Notes under the pieces: generated by a model | What the model was told of the DNA's origin: nothing | The model's database searches: none | Seen by the model: the letters and a program-made list of their open reading frames with translations, nothing else | Origin: Bdellovibrionota bacterium | Lineage (GTDB): Bacteria > Bdellovibrionota_G > JALEGL01 > DATDPG01 | Reading direction: 5' to 3' | Length of the DNA: 64,000 nucleotides | NCBI GenBank assembly: GCA_963668355.1 | Contig: OY764265.1 | Location: 2,592,001-2,656,000, forward strand | Position numbers and translations under genes: made by a program | Part shown: piece after piece, positions 8,812-18,153 of the stretch | Layout of the letters: every line of letters begins with the position of its first letter | How positions within the stretch are numbered: position 1 is the stretch's first letter

Positions 8812-10359
8812 ATGTCTACCGTTATAGAAACATTACTGACACTCCACCTCGAAGAATTCACAGGAAAAGTGGTTTTGAAGAAGGATCAAGTCGAAAAAAC
8901 CATTTTCTTTAAGAAAGGTGACCCCATTTTTGTCGATTCTTCCATTCGAAGTGAAACACTCGGGCAGATGCTTCTGTCACAGAATCGGTTGACTGAGGAA
9001 CAATATCGAGAAGTTATAGAAACCATGACGCGCACTCAAAAACGTCAGGGAGAGGTGATTGTTCAACTTGGCTTTCTGTCTGGCTTTGACGTCTATGAGG
9101 CATTGAAAGAGCAAGGAGCTCGGAAAGTTCAAAACTGTTTTCTTTTGGAAGGGGCAGAAATTGAAACGTCGGAAGGGGAGATTCACTTAAAAGAAGTTCC
9201 CGAATTGCCGATTCCATTCTTTCGAGTGTTTGTAGATTCCATTTCCACAACCTATCTCGGATCGGATGCATTTCTTTTTTCTCCAGAAAAAGCGTTGCTC
9301 ATCAACGAGAAGGGAAAAAACTACCTAAAAAAACAATCACTTGCGCCCCAGGAGGCCCGGCTGACCAATTTTTTAAATGGTAAATATAATGAGGAAACCA
9401 TTCTGACAAAACTCAATCGAGAGGATGCGGAACCTCTGTTGCTTGCGTTTCATCAGCTGGGATTTGTTGACGAGATCGAACTTCCGCCCCAACGTTTCAC
9501 GATTCCGGCCTCTCAGGCCAAACCAATCGAGGAAGTCGAGGGAGATTCTTCCCCCAACACCTCGGAATCTTCTAAGCGAATTGTCAAAATTGCCGAAGAT
9601 GAAGAAGAATTGGAAGAAGGTAAGTCGGAAACTCCCACCAATCCCATCTATCTATATGCTTTACGTCTGAATCAACCGTATCACGAGTTGCTTGGGATTC
9701 GTCCGACGGCCAACAAATTTGAGATCAAAAGACAGTTCGAGAGCCTCGTACGAAAATTGAAATTGGATACCATGACCCGTTCCTTCGAAGGAAGAGACCT
9801 CGAAATTGCCAACAAGGTTTTTGATCGCCTCTCCCTTGCCTACACGGTGCTTGCAGATGATCGAAGACGGCATGAGTATTTTCAAGCCATCGCCAAGCGA
9901 AAACCTCAGGACACGAAGACGACCCCTGAAATTCAAGCTGAAGCCTGTGTTCAAAAGGCTCAAATGTATATGGGCGGAAAAGATTTTTCGAAGGCCGAGG
10001 AAGAGATTCGAAAAGCCATTGAGTTGGTTCCCAAAGAGTCCAGCTTTCATGTGGAATTGGCTCAACTCATCCTTCAAAAAGCCGTTTCCGAGAAAAGGGA
10101 AATTCCTGGCGAGGTGGAAACGGAGTTGAAAGAGGCCCTTAAGCTAAACTCTGCGGATGCGGATGCCTTTTATAAGCTTGGAGAAATTTACAAGATTGGC
10201 GGTGACTTTGAAAAGGCCATGGTGTGTTTTCAAAGGGCCATTGATCATCGTCCTTCTCACGCCAAGGCAATGGCTGAGCTTCGCCTATTGAATATGCGTT
10301 TGGAGTCCAAGAAGTCAGAGAGTTCCTTCATGAAGTTGTTTAAAAAGAAAGACAGCTAG
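8812..10359 (+). CDS. DUF4388-like N-terminal domain + degenerate J-like domain + TPR protein
   Basis: N-terminal FTGKVVL..KTIFFKKGDP..SETLGQML pattern; J-like segment PYHELLGI..AYTVLADDRRRHEY; C-terminal TPR repeats. Confidence 0.75.
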   Translation: MSTVIETLLTLHLEEFTGKVVLKKDQVEKTIFFKKGDPIFVDSSIRSETLGQMLLSQNRLTEEQYREVIETMTRTQKRQGEVIVQLGFLSGFDVYEALKEQGARKVQNCFLLEGAEIETSEGEIHLKEVPELPIPFFRVFVDSISTTYLGSDAFLFSPEKALLINEKGKNYLKKQSLAPQEARLTNFLNGKYNEETILTKLNREDAEPLLLAFHQLGFVDEIELPPQRFTIPASQAKPIEEVEGDSSPNTSESSKRIVKIAEDEEELEEGKSETPTNPIYLYALRLNQPYHELLGIRPTANKFEIKRQFESLVRKLKLDTMTRSFEGRDLEIANKVFDRLSLAYTVLADDRRRHEYFQAIAKRKPQDTKTTPEIQAEACVQKAQMYMGGKDFSKAEEEIRKAIELVPKESSFHVELAQLILQKAVSEKREIPGEVETELKEALKLNSADADAFYKLGEIYKIGGDFEKAMVCFQRAIDHRPSHAKAMAELRLLNMRLESKKSESSFMKLFKKKDS

Positions 10360-10360
10360 T

Positions 10361-10669
10361 ATGCCCAAAATTCAGGTTTCAAAAGTCATTCACCGACCAG
10401 CTCAAGAAGCGTATCAAACCTTAAAAGCTCAGTTTGAACGCGGGGATGAGGGAGCCTTTGCCAGCTTGGGGCAAGAAAAACCAGCCATTACATGGCATGA
10501 TGGGGAGCGGAAGGGAGTCTTTTCGAATGGGAAAATCGATGGAGCATTTTTCATTTCCGATGAGAATCCATGCACCTTGCATATCGAAATCAAACTCCCA
10601 ATGATGCTGACCCCCTTAAAAGGAATGATTGAAAAAGGGTTAAAAAAACACCTTGAGACGATCCAATAA
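10361..10669 (+). CDS. Small protein resembling the polyhydroxyalkanoic-acid-system / SRPBCC-like family
   Basis: 102 aa ending IKLPMMLTPLKGMIEKGLKKHL; tightly packed in the operon. Confidence 0.55.
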   Translation: MPKIQVSKVIHRPAQEAYQTLKAQFERGDEGAFASLGQEKPAITWHDGERKGVFSNGKIDGAFFISDENPCTLHIEIKLPMMLTPLKGMIEKGLKKHLETIQ

Positions 10670-12359
10670 ACGAACGGCAAGAAGTCAGCTCCTTTCGCTC
10701 CAAAAGGCTTCCTACGATCTCATTTCGGAAGAAATTCTGGATCGTCAAACCAAAGAAAGCCCCGAGGTAAAAAACTACCGCAGGCAGTATGACCGTGAAG
10801 TAAAAAAATACACCAAAGTGTCCAGTAAAGCTGATCTGGTTGCAGCTGTTCGGGAGACCAACATCGTCTATTGTGGGGATTTTCACACGCTCAAACAAGC
10901 CCAGCGTACCCCAATCAAAATATTGAGACAGGTGGTCAAGGCTCGCCCCAAGATTTCCCTGGGTTTAGAGGTGGTTGCCAAACAGCAAGAGGGGTGGGCC
11001 AACGACTTTGTCCTAGGAAAACTGTCTGAAAGGGAGTTTTTGGAACTGATCCAATACAACGAAAGGTGGGGTTTTCCCTGGGCCAATTATCGTCAGCTAT
11101 TTGATTTTGCGAAGGTTCATCGTCTCCACATTCTGGGATTGAATTCGACTTTGGGAGATCATCTTCCTTTGACGGCCCGCGACGATTTGGCGGCGGATTC
11201 AATTTTAGAAGCCACCATTCGAGACGCTGACCGACTGATTTTTTGTTTATATGGAGATCTTCATATTGCTGGCCCTCATATTCCCCAGAGGGTGGACATG
11301 CGTTTGGCCAAGCATCGAATTCGACGCCAAAGTGTCACCATTTTTCAGAACAGCGATCCCATTTATTGGCAGCTGGCCAAAAAAGGTTTGGAAGCCCAAG
11401 TAGATGTGGTTCGAATTGAAAAGAAAAGGTTTTGTGTCCTGAGTGCGCCTCCGTGGACGAAGTGGCAGTCTTATCTTTCTTGGTTAGAATATCAGAGCAG
11501 CCTTTTGGATGATCCGGAAGACCCTGACTACGGCCAACCTCCACCTAAAGATTATTATCACCAGGTCTTGGTCTTGGCAGGTCGAATTGCCGAGTTTTTG
11601 GGAATTAAAACGCCTGATTTGGAACATTTTTCGGTTTTTACCTCGCATGACACCATGATCATCGAAGAAATTCGAAAATATTGCCTGGCCTGCCACCGGA
11701 ACTCATTTCCTCTGGAGTCATTGATTCGAAGAGAAATCATTGAAAATCGGAGTTGTTTTTTTCCAGAACGATCCATTTTATTTTTAAATGATTTGTCGGA
11801 ACACCGTGCCGCTGAAAAGGCGGGGCAGCTTTTGGCCTCTAAACTGGATCCAACAGGGTGGGTTTACGGTAAGGCCAAAAGTGGAAAAGATATTTTTTAT
11901 CGACAAACCCTTTGGGAAGCCATCGGCTATTTTAGTTCTAAAGTCATCAATCATAAGCGGAAGTGTGATCAGTATCGAGATCTAGAGCGTTTTCTCAAAG
12001 AACAGGAAGGAAAGCGACTCAAGGGAAAACTGAGAGATCAAAGAGAAGCCATTCGAGAAGTCCTTACACATCACGAATACGAAGTGCGGAGGTCCAAACG
12101 AGGAAAGGTTGGAGGAGGCCCCCGAAAGCTGTTTTCATTGAAAACCACTCAATTTTTTCTGGCTGCGAGTTACATCGGCCAAATATTGGGGGAAAGACTA
12201 TTTTTAAGAATGATTGAAGAGCCGGTTACGAATAAGGAGGTACGAGCCCTTTATTCCCCGATTTCACCCGAGGCCAATGCGGGTGAAAAACGCTATTGGA
12301 GCCTCATGGAGTTTCTGGGGAAGCCTGGAAAGAATCAAAGCAAGGATGACCGATTTTGA
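10653..12359 (+). CDS. ChaN/EreA-superfamily domain protein with a long C-terminal extension
   Basis: VYCGDFH, LGLEVV, WGFPWANYRQLFDFA, ARDDLAA and YGDLHI resemble the ChaN (haem-uptake/Tiki) fold; start codon uncertain. Confidence 0.65.
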   Translation: MRRSNKRTARSQLLSLQKASYDLISEEILDRQTKESPEVKNYRRQYDREVKKYTKVSSKADLVAAVRETNIVYCGDFHTLKQAQRTPIKILRQVVKARPKISLGLEVVAKQQEGWANDFVLGKLSEREFLELIQYNERWGFPWANYRQLFDFAKVHRLHILGLNSTLGDHLPLTARDDLAADSILEATIRDADRLIFCLYGDLHIAGPHIPQRVDMRLAKHRIRRQSVTIFQNSDPIYWQLAKKGLEAQVDVVRIEKKRFCVLSAPPWTKWQSYLSWLEYQSSLLDDPEDPDYGQPPPKDYYHQVLVLAGRIAEFLGIKTPDLEHFSVFTSHDTMIIEEIRKYCLACHRNSFPLESLIRREIIENRSCFFPERSILFLNDLSEHRAAEKAGQLLASKLDPTGWVYGKAKSGKDIFYRQTLWEAIGYFSSKVINHKRKCDQYRDLERFLKEQEGKRLKGKLRDQREAIREVLTHHEYEVRRSKRGKVGGGPRKLFSLKTTQFFLAASYIGQILGERLFLRMIEEPVTNKEVRALYSPISPEANAGEKRYWSLMEFLGKPGKNQSKDDRF

Positions 12360-13624
12360 ATCAAAATCGGATCATTGTCCCCAAGGTGGTCCGACGTGTC
12401 CTAAAAACTCTCCGTGATCACGGGTATTCAGTTTATCCGGTGGGAGGAGCCGTCCGGGATTCTCTTCGAGGGATTCGACCGCAAGACTGGGATTTGGCCA
12501 GTGACGCGAGGCCTGAAACCATTGAGAACCTCTTTCCCAAAACCCTCGCAACGGGCAAGAAATTCGGAACCATTACGGTGGTCGAAGGAGAACACTTCAT
12601 TCAGATCACCACCTTTCGAAGCGAGAGTAAGTATGAAAAACAACGTCGTCCTCGAAAGGTTTCTTATATTGGAAACATTTTGGATGACCTGGCTCGGCGG
12701 GACTTTACGTTCAATGCGATGGCGTATGATGTCCTAAAGAAAAAGCTGTTGGATCCTTTTGGCGGACGAGGTGATCTGAAAAAGAGGCGATTAAGAACCG
12801 TAGGGGAGCCTCAAAAACGATTCAGGGAAGATCATTTGAGACTCGTGAGGGCGGGGCGCTTCATTGCGCAGCTCAATGTAACCCCCACGTTAGAAGTCAC
12901 GGAAGGAGCGAAGAATGTACGGAGGAAATTGAGTCAGGTGTCTCCGGAGCGCATTCGGGACGAGCTTTCCAAACTTTTGTTGGCGAGCCGACCCGAGAAG
13001 GGATTGGCTTGGTTGCAGGAAACGGGCATCTTAAAGGCGTTTCTTCCGGAAGTATCTTTGGGAGAAGCTTCTCTTGAGGCCTTGAGGCTCTCAACCCCGA
13101 AATTGAACGTCCGCTTGGCTCTTTTGCTCACGGGAGAATCCCGATCTCGCAAGATTCAAACCCCTTTAAAAAGTGAAAGCATTTTGAAACGACTTAGGTT
13201 TCCCAAGCATCTTCAAAAAGACGTGCAAACTCTGCTTTCCCATCAAACCATTGAAATTCAGAAGTTGGCAAAAAATGAAAAAGATCTCCGAAAATTTTTA
13301 ATGGTCCTCAAGCCCCAACGCCTGGACGCTTTTTTAGACGTGAAGCGAGCCCTACTTTTGGCTGAGGATTCGAAAACCCTTCCCAAAGAAACCTTTCGAT
13401 CCATCCGGAGATTTGCGCAAAAGGTCAGGGACGAAAAGCAAGCCCTCGAAATTCAGGACCTGGCCCTCGATGGGCGAGAGATTATGAGCGTTCTCAAGAT
13501 TCCCTCGAGTCCACGAATCGGGCACCTCTTGCAACAGCTCCTGGAAGAAGTCGTGAAACGACCGAAAATGAACCAAAAAGAGGTGCTCATTCGCAGGGTG
13601 AAAGAGCTAAACGCGGCGCGTTAA
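12356..13624 (+). CDS. cca: Class II tRNA nucleotidyltransferase (CCA-adding / poly(A) polymerase family)
   Basis: VGGAVRD, DWDLASD, RRDFTFNAMA, EDHLRLVRAGRF, VSPERIRDELSKLL. Confidence 0.88.
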   Translation: MNQNRIIVPKVVRRVLKTLRDHGYSVYPVGGAVRDSLRGIRPQDWDLASDARPETIENLFPKTLATGKKFGTITVVEGEHFIQITTFRSESKYEKQRRPRKVSYIGNILDDLARRDFTFNAMAYDVLKKKLLDPFGGRGDLKKRRLRTVGEPQKRFREDHLRLVRAGRFIAQLNVTPTLEVTEGAKNVRRKLSQVSPERIRDELSKLLLASRPEKGLAWLQETGILKAFLPEVSLGEASLEALRLSTPKLNVRLALLLTGESRSRKIQTPLKSESILKRLRFPKHLQKDVQTLLSHQTIEIQKLAKNEKDLRKFLMVLKPQRLDAFLDVKRALLLAEDSKTLPKETFRSIRRFAQKVRDEKQALEIQDLALDGREIMSVLKIPSSPRIGHLLQQLLEEVVKRPKMNQKEVLIRRVKELNAAR

Positions 13625-13668
13625 TTTCTTGCTCAAGGCCTCTGGATCGTGATATTTGGAAGTCAGAA

Positions 13669-15189
13669 GTGTCTTTCCGGGTTCAAAGGTTTTTCGTCTT
13701 TTCCATTCTCATTCTTGGGGCTTGTTCTCAAACCGCGTCCCAAGACTCAAACGACGTCGTGATTGGCGGACATTTTGACAGTTATTGCGATTCTTTTAAG
13801 TCGGTTACTAGCCATGCTTTAAAGTATCACTTAACCAAAGATGAATCGGACTTCGACTCCCTTCGACGCAAAACGGTCGAGAAATTGGCCGAAAATTGGG
13901 GCCAGACAGAGATTCCCTCCAACACAGAAGATTGTTCCGACATCTTGTCCTTACGTCCGGAGGGGATTACAGAGCGGGAAGCTTTTTTAAAAGCCACAAA
14001 ACTTTTTATGTCGGGACTCGACCCTCATTCGCTTTATCTAAGCCCCAGCGAAATGGAAACGCATCTCCAACAGTCTGAAAATGTATTTGAAGGCATTGGG
14101 ATTGAGTTTCGCCATTCGGTGATCGATCGGTGGTTGCCCCCACGGCCGGAACTCGCCATTTTCCATGTCTTTAAGGGGTCTTTGGCCTTCGATCAACTTC
14201 TGGACGGAGAGGTTGTGAGTTTGGATGGCTATCCGGAACAAATTAAAACCCAAAAAGAACTCATCCAATGGAGTGAGAATTTTGCCCCAACCCTACGGTT
14301 GAAACGGGCCGAAGATGATGATTTCGTTGAATTATTGGCTAAGGCGTATAAGTGGTCCCCTGTAACGTCGAGACGGTTCGATCGGGATGACCAGGTCTTT
14401 GGATATCTCCGATTTCGTCAATTTACAAAGAATTCAGCTCAAATGGCCCGAGAAGCGCTGGAAGCGTTTGACCGAGACCCAGAGGTCCAAGCCATTTTAT
14501 TGGACCTAAGAGGAAATCCAGGGGGGTTGTTGACCGAGGCCATCGAACTTGCGGATATATTCATGGATCAAGGGTTGATCGCACGTACCACGGGCAACCC
14601 CAATAAAGCCTATCCGGATGACCTCAATCTCGATGTTGAATATCGGGCCAATGAACCAGGGAAAATCACAGACAAGCTCATCCTCTTTCTCATTGATTCC
14701 GACACGGCGAGTGCATCTGAAATCTTGGCCGGGGCTCTTTGGAATGAGGTTTTAATTCTGGGGGATAAAAGTTTTGGAAAGGGAATCGGACAAATTCGAA
14801 TTCGCTCCAATGCTTCGGGTTACGATTTGGGTGGAATGGTTTTATTGACAATGTTTCGATATGAATTTGCCGATCAGTTCTCTCCCCAGGCCCGAGGAAT
14901 CAGTCCCCATATTCTCATGCCCCACCCAAGCTTGTACGCGATGAAAGAGGAACGAAAACAACTGGGGCAAAACGTTTTCCTGAGAGAAGAAGACTTTGGG
15001 GATCGAACCATTCCCGAAAAGGGTCCTCCAGGGCGTTCTTCACCTCAAGGAGACATCGGAAGAATCATAAAGCGACTTCGAAACCATATTCAGCTCCCAG
15101 ACCGCTGCAAGGAGAATGAAGATTGTCAGCTGGAGCGGGCCTTTTTAATCGGAAAACAAGCCTTGCGAGAAGTTGACAGAACTTCGTAA
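13669..15189 (+). CDS. S41 family carboxy-terminal processing protease, predicted lipoprotein
   Basis: Lipobox ILGAC; LDPHS, LDLRGNPGGLL, TASASEILAGAL (catalytic Ser), SFGKG (catalytic Lys). Confidence 0.88.
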   Translation: MSFRVQRFFVFSILILGACSQTASQDSNDVVIGGHFDSYCDSFKSVTSHALKYHLTKDESDFDSLRRKTVEKLAENWGQTEIPSNTEDCSDILSLRPEGITEREAFLKATKLFMSGLDPHSLYLSPSEMETHLQQSENVFEGIGIEFRHSVIDRWLPPRPELAIFHVFKGSLAFDQLLDGEVVSLDGYPEQIKTQKELIQWSENFAPTLRLKRAEDDDFVELLAKAYKWSPVTSRRFDRDDQVFGYLRFRQFTKNSAQMAREALEAFDRDPEVQAILLDLRGNPGGLLTEAIELADIFMDQGLIARTTGNPNKAYPDDLNLDVEYRANEPGKITDKLILFLIDSDTASASEILAGALWNEVLILGDKSFGKGIGQIRIRSNASGYDLGGMVLLTMFRYEFADQFSPQARGISPHILMPHPSLYAMKEERKQLGQNVFLREEDFGDRTIPEKGPPGRSSPQGDIGRIIKRLRNHIQLPDRCKENEDCQLERAFLIGKQALREVDRTS

Positions 15190-15242
15190 GCCTTTTAACG
15201 ATTCCTTTCATTGAAGAAACTGAGGCTGAAAAAGAGAACAAC

Positions 15243-15629
15243 ATGAAAGAATATCCAAATTGGCAAAACCGACAAAAACTCCTTTATTCCCGGGATCACA
15301 CTCCGTCTTCCAATCAATTGAAAGAGTTTGGAGAAATGGCTTTGGAAAAAGGCCTGTATCAGGATGCTTTAGAGTTTTTTGCAAAGATTCAAGATGAGGA
15401 AGGCCTTAAAAAAATTCAAACGTATGCTTTGGACGAAGGGGACGCTTTTTTGTTTCAGGCGTTTGAAAGGTTTTCTCGTCAGGAAATTTCTGATGATCTT
15501 TGGAACCGTCTTGGAAGGAACGCGGTCCAAAACGGAAAAATTCGTTTTGCCCGAATGGCCTTCGAGCGCACGGAAAATAAAGAGGAATTGAAAAACCTCC
15601 CAGAAAATCAAGAGTCGATCGAAGAATGA
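15243..15629 (+). CDS. Hypothetical helical-repeat protein
   Basis: 128-aa ORF with RBS; TPR-like helices; ATGA overlap with trmB. Confidence 0.7.
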   Translation: MKEYPNWQNRQKLLYSRDHTPSSNQLKEFGEMALEKGLYQDALEFFAKIQDEEGLKKIQTYALDEGDAFLFQAFERFSRQEISDDLWNRLGRNAVQNGKIRFARMAFERTENKEELKNLPENQESIEE

Positions 15630-16210
15630 TCCTGGACCTCAATCTTCTCCCCAAACCTTTGAATTTCGAGACTCTTTTTGGCCGAAAGAAGCCGGTTGAA
15701 ATCGAGATTGGAGTCGGGAAAGGGCGATTCATGAGGGAATACGCCTTAGCTCATCCTCAGTTAAATCTTTTTGGGATTGAGCGAGCTGGAAAATGGCTTC
15801 GGCATGCGGAAGAACGTCTGAAAAAAGCGGAAGTTGAGAATGTTCGTCTGGTCACCGGTTTTGCGGAACCCTTTGTGGATCTTTTTTTGGAAAATGAAAC
15901 GATCCAAGCCTTTCACATTTACTTTCCAGATCCGTGGCCAAAACGAAGGCACAACAAGCGAAGGTTGTTCCAGTCGCGTTTTGTTGAAAGCCTTCTCCCC
16001 AAATTGATTCCGGAAGGAAAAATCCATATTGCGACCGATCATATGGAATATTTCGAGTCCATTTCCGAATGCCTGACAACGTTTGAGGAACAAGGCAAAC
16101 TGAGGTTCACGCGGACAGAACGAGGAGATTTCGTTTCAAACTTTCAAGCAAAATATGAAGAAGAGGGTAGGCCCATTGCCTTTGCCATGGCGGAGAAATG
16201 CACGAGTTAA
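15626..16210 (+). CDS. trmB: tRNA (guanine-N7)-methyltransferase
   Basis: VEIEIGVGKGRF, IYFPDPWPKRRHNKRRL, IATDHMEY. Confidence 0.95.
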   Translation: MILDLNLLPKPLNFETLFGRKKPVEIEIGVGKGRFMREYALAHPQLNLFGIERAGKWLRHAEERLKKAEVENVRLVTGFAEPFVDLFLENETIQAFHIYFPDPWPKRRHNKRRLFQSRFVESLLPKLIPEGKIHIATDHMEYFESISECLTTFEEQGKLRFTRTERGDFVSNFQAKYEEEGRPIAFAMAEKCTS

Positions 16211-16743
16211 CCATTAACCAAACCAAACTGGTCATCAAACAAGGGGATATCACGCAAGAAATTGTGGACGTGATCGTCAATGCGGCGAATTCGGCTCTTG
16301 CCGGTGGAGGGGGTGTGGACGGAGCGATTCACCGAGCCGCAGGCCCTAGCATTTTAGAGGAGTGCGCCCAATTTGGGGGGTGTCCAACTGGAGGAGCTGT
16401 GATTACGGGTGCGGGCAATCTCCGAGTCAAGCATATCCTGCATACCGTCGGTCCTGTTTGGGAAGGGGGCGAGGAAGGTGAGGACGCTTTGTTAAGAAGC
16501 GCCTATCAAAACAGCTTGGCTCTGGCTTCTCTAAAAGGATGCAAAAGCATTGCTTTTCCTTCCATCAGCACCGGAGCTTATGGATACCCGATTCAAGATG
16601 CGGCGCCCATTGCCATGGAAACCTGTGTTTCATACGTTCGTGGAAACCCAAGTTTTGAAGAATTACGCTTTGTTCTGTTCTCAGATTCCGATGAAAAAAT
16701 ATATCAACGTGAATTGGAAAAAATCCGTCTAAGCATCCAATAG
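16198..16743 (+). CDS. ymdB: Macro-domain O-acetyl-ADP-ribose deacetylase
   Basis: GDIT, IVNAANSALAGGGGVDGAIHRAAG, AFPSISTGAYGYP. Confidence 0.92.
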   Translation: MHELTINQTKLVIKQGDITQEIVDVIVNAANSALAGGGGVDGAIHRAAGPSILEECAQFGGCPTGGAVITGAGNLRVKHILHTVGPVWEGGEEGEDALLRSAYQNSLALASLKGCKSIAFPSISTGAYGYPIQDAAPIAMETCVSYVRGNPSFEELRFVLFSDSDEKIYQRELEKIRLSIQ

Positions 16744-17409
16744 CCGTTTCGCCTTTTGAAACACATTTCTCAACATCGGTTCCGTGAGTTTTTTGGTGAA
16801 GGTGTTTTGTTGGCTTGGGTGGTAGCTTGCGAAAATTGTGTAGGGGCCTAAGGAAAGGACTTTTCCGTGTTTGAATTTCGGTTTAGGGGAAACGCTTAGG
16901 CCTCGATCTTTCAATGCGCGGATCGTATTGTCCCAGGCAAACGAGCCCAAACAAACCAAGATTCGAAGGTCGGAGAAGATGTCCAATTCCCGATTCAAAA
17001 ATGGAAGGCAAGAATCTCTTTCCGGGGGCGTTGGTCGGTTTTCAGGTGGGGCACACCTGACGATTGCGGTGACATAGGCGTCTTTTAATTTCAAACCATC
17101 TTGAAGGTTCTGGGAAAGGGGTTGATTGGCAAAACCCGACTGAAAAAGTGCACGATAAAGCCAGTCCCCAGATCGATCTCCGGTAAACATCCGGCCGGTC
17201 CGATTGGCACCGTGGGCTCCAGGAGCCAAACCAATAATCAATAGCCGCGGACGTGCGACCCCAAAACCGGTTACGGGTTTCCCCCAATAGAGTTCTTTTC
17301 GATAAGCGGCTTTCTTTTCAAGGGCAACCTTTGAACACCACTTCCTTAAACGTGGACATTGTTTGCAGTTAAGAATTTCTTGATTGAGGTCTCGAAGAGA
17401 TCTTTTCAA
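16729..17409 (-). CDS. Uracil-DNA glycosylase, family 5 (UdgB-type, Fe-S)
   Basis: CxxCPRL, GLAPGAHGANRTGRMFTGDRSG, SYHPSQQNT. Confidence 0.92.
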   Translation of the reverse strand: MKRSLRDLNQEILNCKQCPRLRKWCSKVALEKKAAYRKELYWGKPVTGFGVARPRLLIIGLAPGAHGANRTGRMFTGDRSGDWLYRALFQSGFANQPLSQNLQDGLKLKDAYVTAIVRCAPPENRPTPPERDSCLPFLNRELDIFSDLRILVCLGSFAWDNTIRALKDRGLSVSPKPKFKHGKVLSLGPYTIFASYHPSQQNTFTKKLTEPMLRNVFQKAKRLLDA

Positions 17410-18152
17410 TTTTTTTGGGCTTCTCCCGTCATGGGCACAAAAGAAACCGGGAAAACGGTCATGTCTTTGAAAGAGCCGTCTTCCTTTTTTTCCAAAAGCC
17501 GGAGTTCTTGTCGAGCATAGACGCCCTCGGTCGAACCCAGGGGAATTACGAGTTTCCCGCCGGGCTTGAGTTGCTCTTTTAGCGGCTCTGGAACTTTTTC
17601 CGGAGCGGCCGTGACAATGATGGCATCGAAAGGAGCCTCATCAGGCCAACCTTGGTAGCCATCTCCAACTTTGAGATGCACATGATCGAGCAAGCCCGTT
17701 TTCTGAAGATTGTCCTTGGCTTGATCCGATAAAATTTGAATGATTTCAATCGAAAAAACTTCGGCTCCCATAGTGGCCAAGACGCCAGCTTGGTAACCTG
17801 AGCCGGTTCCAATCTCCAGGACCTTGCTTCCTTTTTTGACATCCACCAATTCTGTCATTTTTGCGACAATATAGGGTTGAGAAATCGTTTGTCCTCCCCC
17901 GATGGGAATGGGGTAATCTTCATAAGCCTGTCTTCGATATTTTTCGGGAATGAAGAAATGCCGAGGCACGTTTCGCATGGCATGTAGAAGAAGGGGAGAA
18001 CGAATATCTCGCTTGACCATTTGGTTTTCGACCATTGCTTCACGCATCATTCGATAGTCTCTTTCTGTGTCCGATTTTGGCTCACCCATTGCCCCAGTGG
18101 GGAAAAGGGCCAAGCAAAGCGCAAGTCCAATTGTGTTCTTTCGGGTACCCAT
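17406..18152 (-). CDS. pcm: Protein-L-isoaspartate O-methyltransferase
   Basis: VPRHFF, GQTISQPYIVAKM, VLEIGTGSGYQA, APFDAIIVTAA, FVPMTG. Start set at ATG 18152, just after the upstream stop. Confidence 0.93.
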   Translation of the reverse strand: MGTRKNTIGLALCLALFPTGAMGEPKSDTERDYRMMREAMVENQMVKRDIRSPLLLHAMRNVPRHFFIPEKYRRQAYEDYPIPIGGGQTISQPYIVAKMTELVDVKKGSKVLEIGTGSGYQAGVLATMGAEVFSIEIIQILSDQAKDNLQKTGLLDHVHLKVGDGYQGWPDEAPFDAIIVTAAPEKVPEPLKEQLKPGGKLVIPLGSTEGVYARQELRLLEKKEDGSFKDMTVFPVSFVPMTGEAQKN

Positions 18153-18153
18153 T

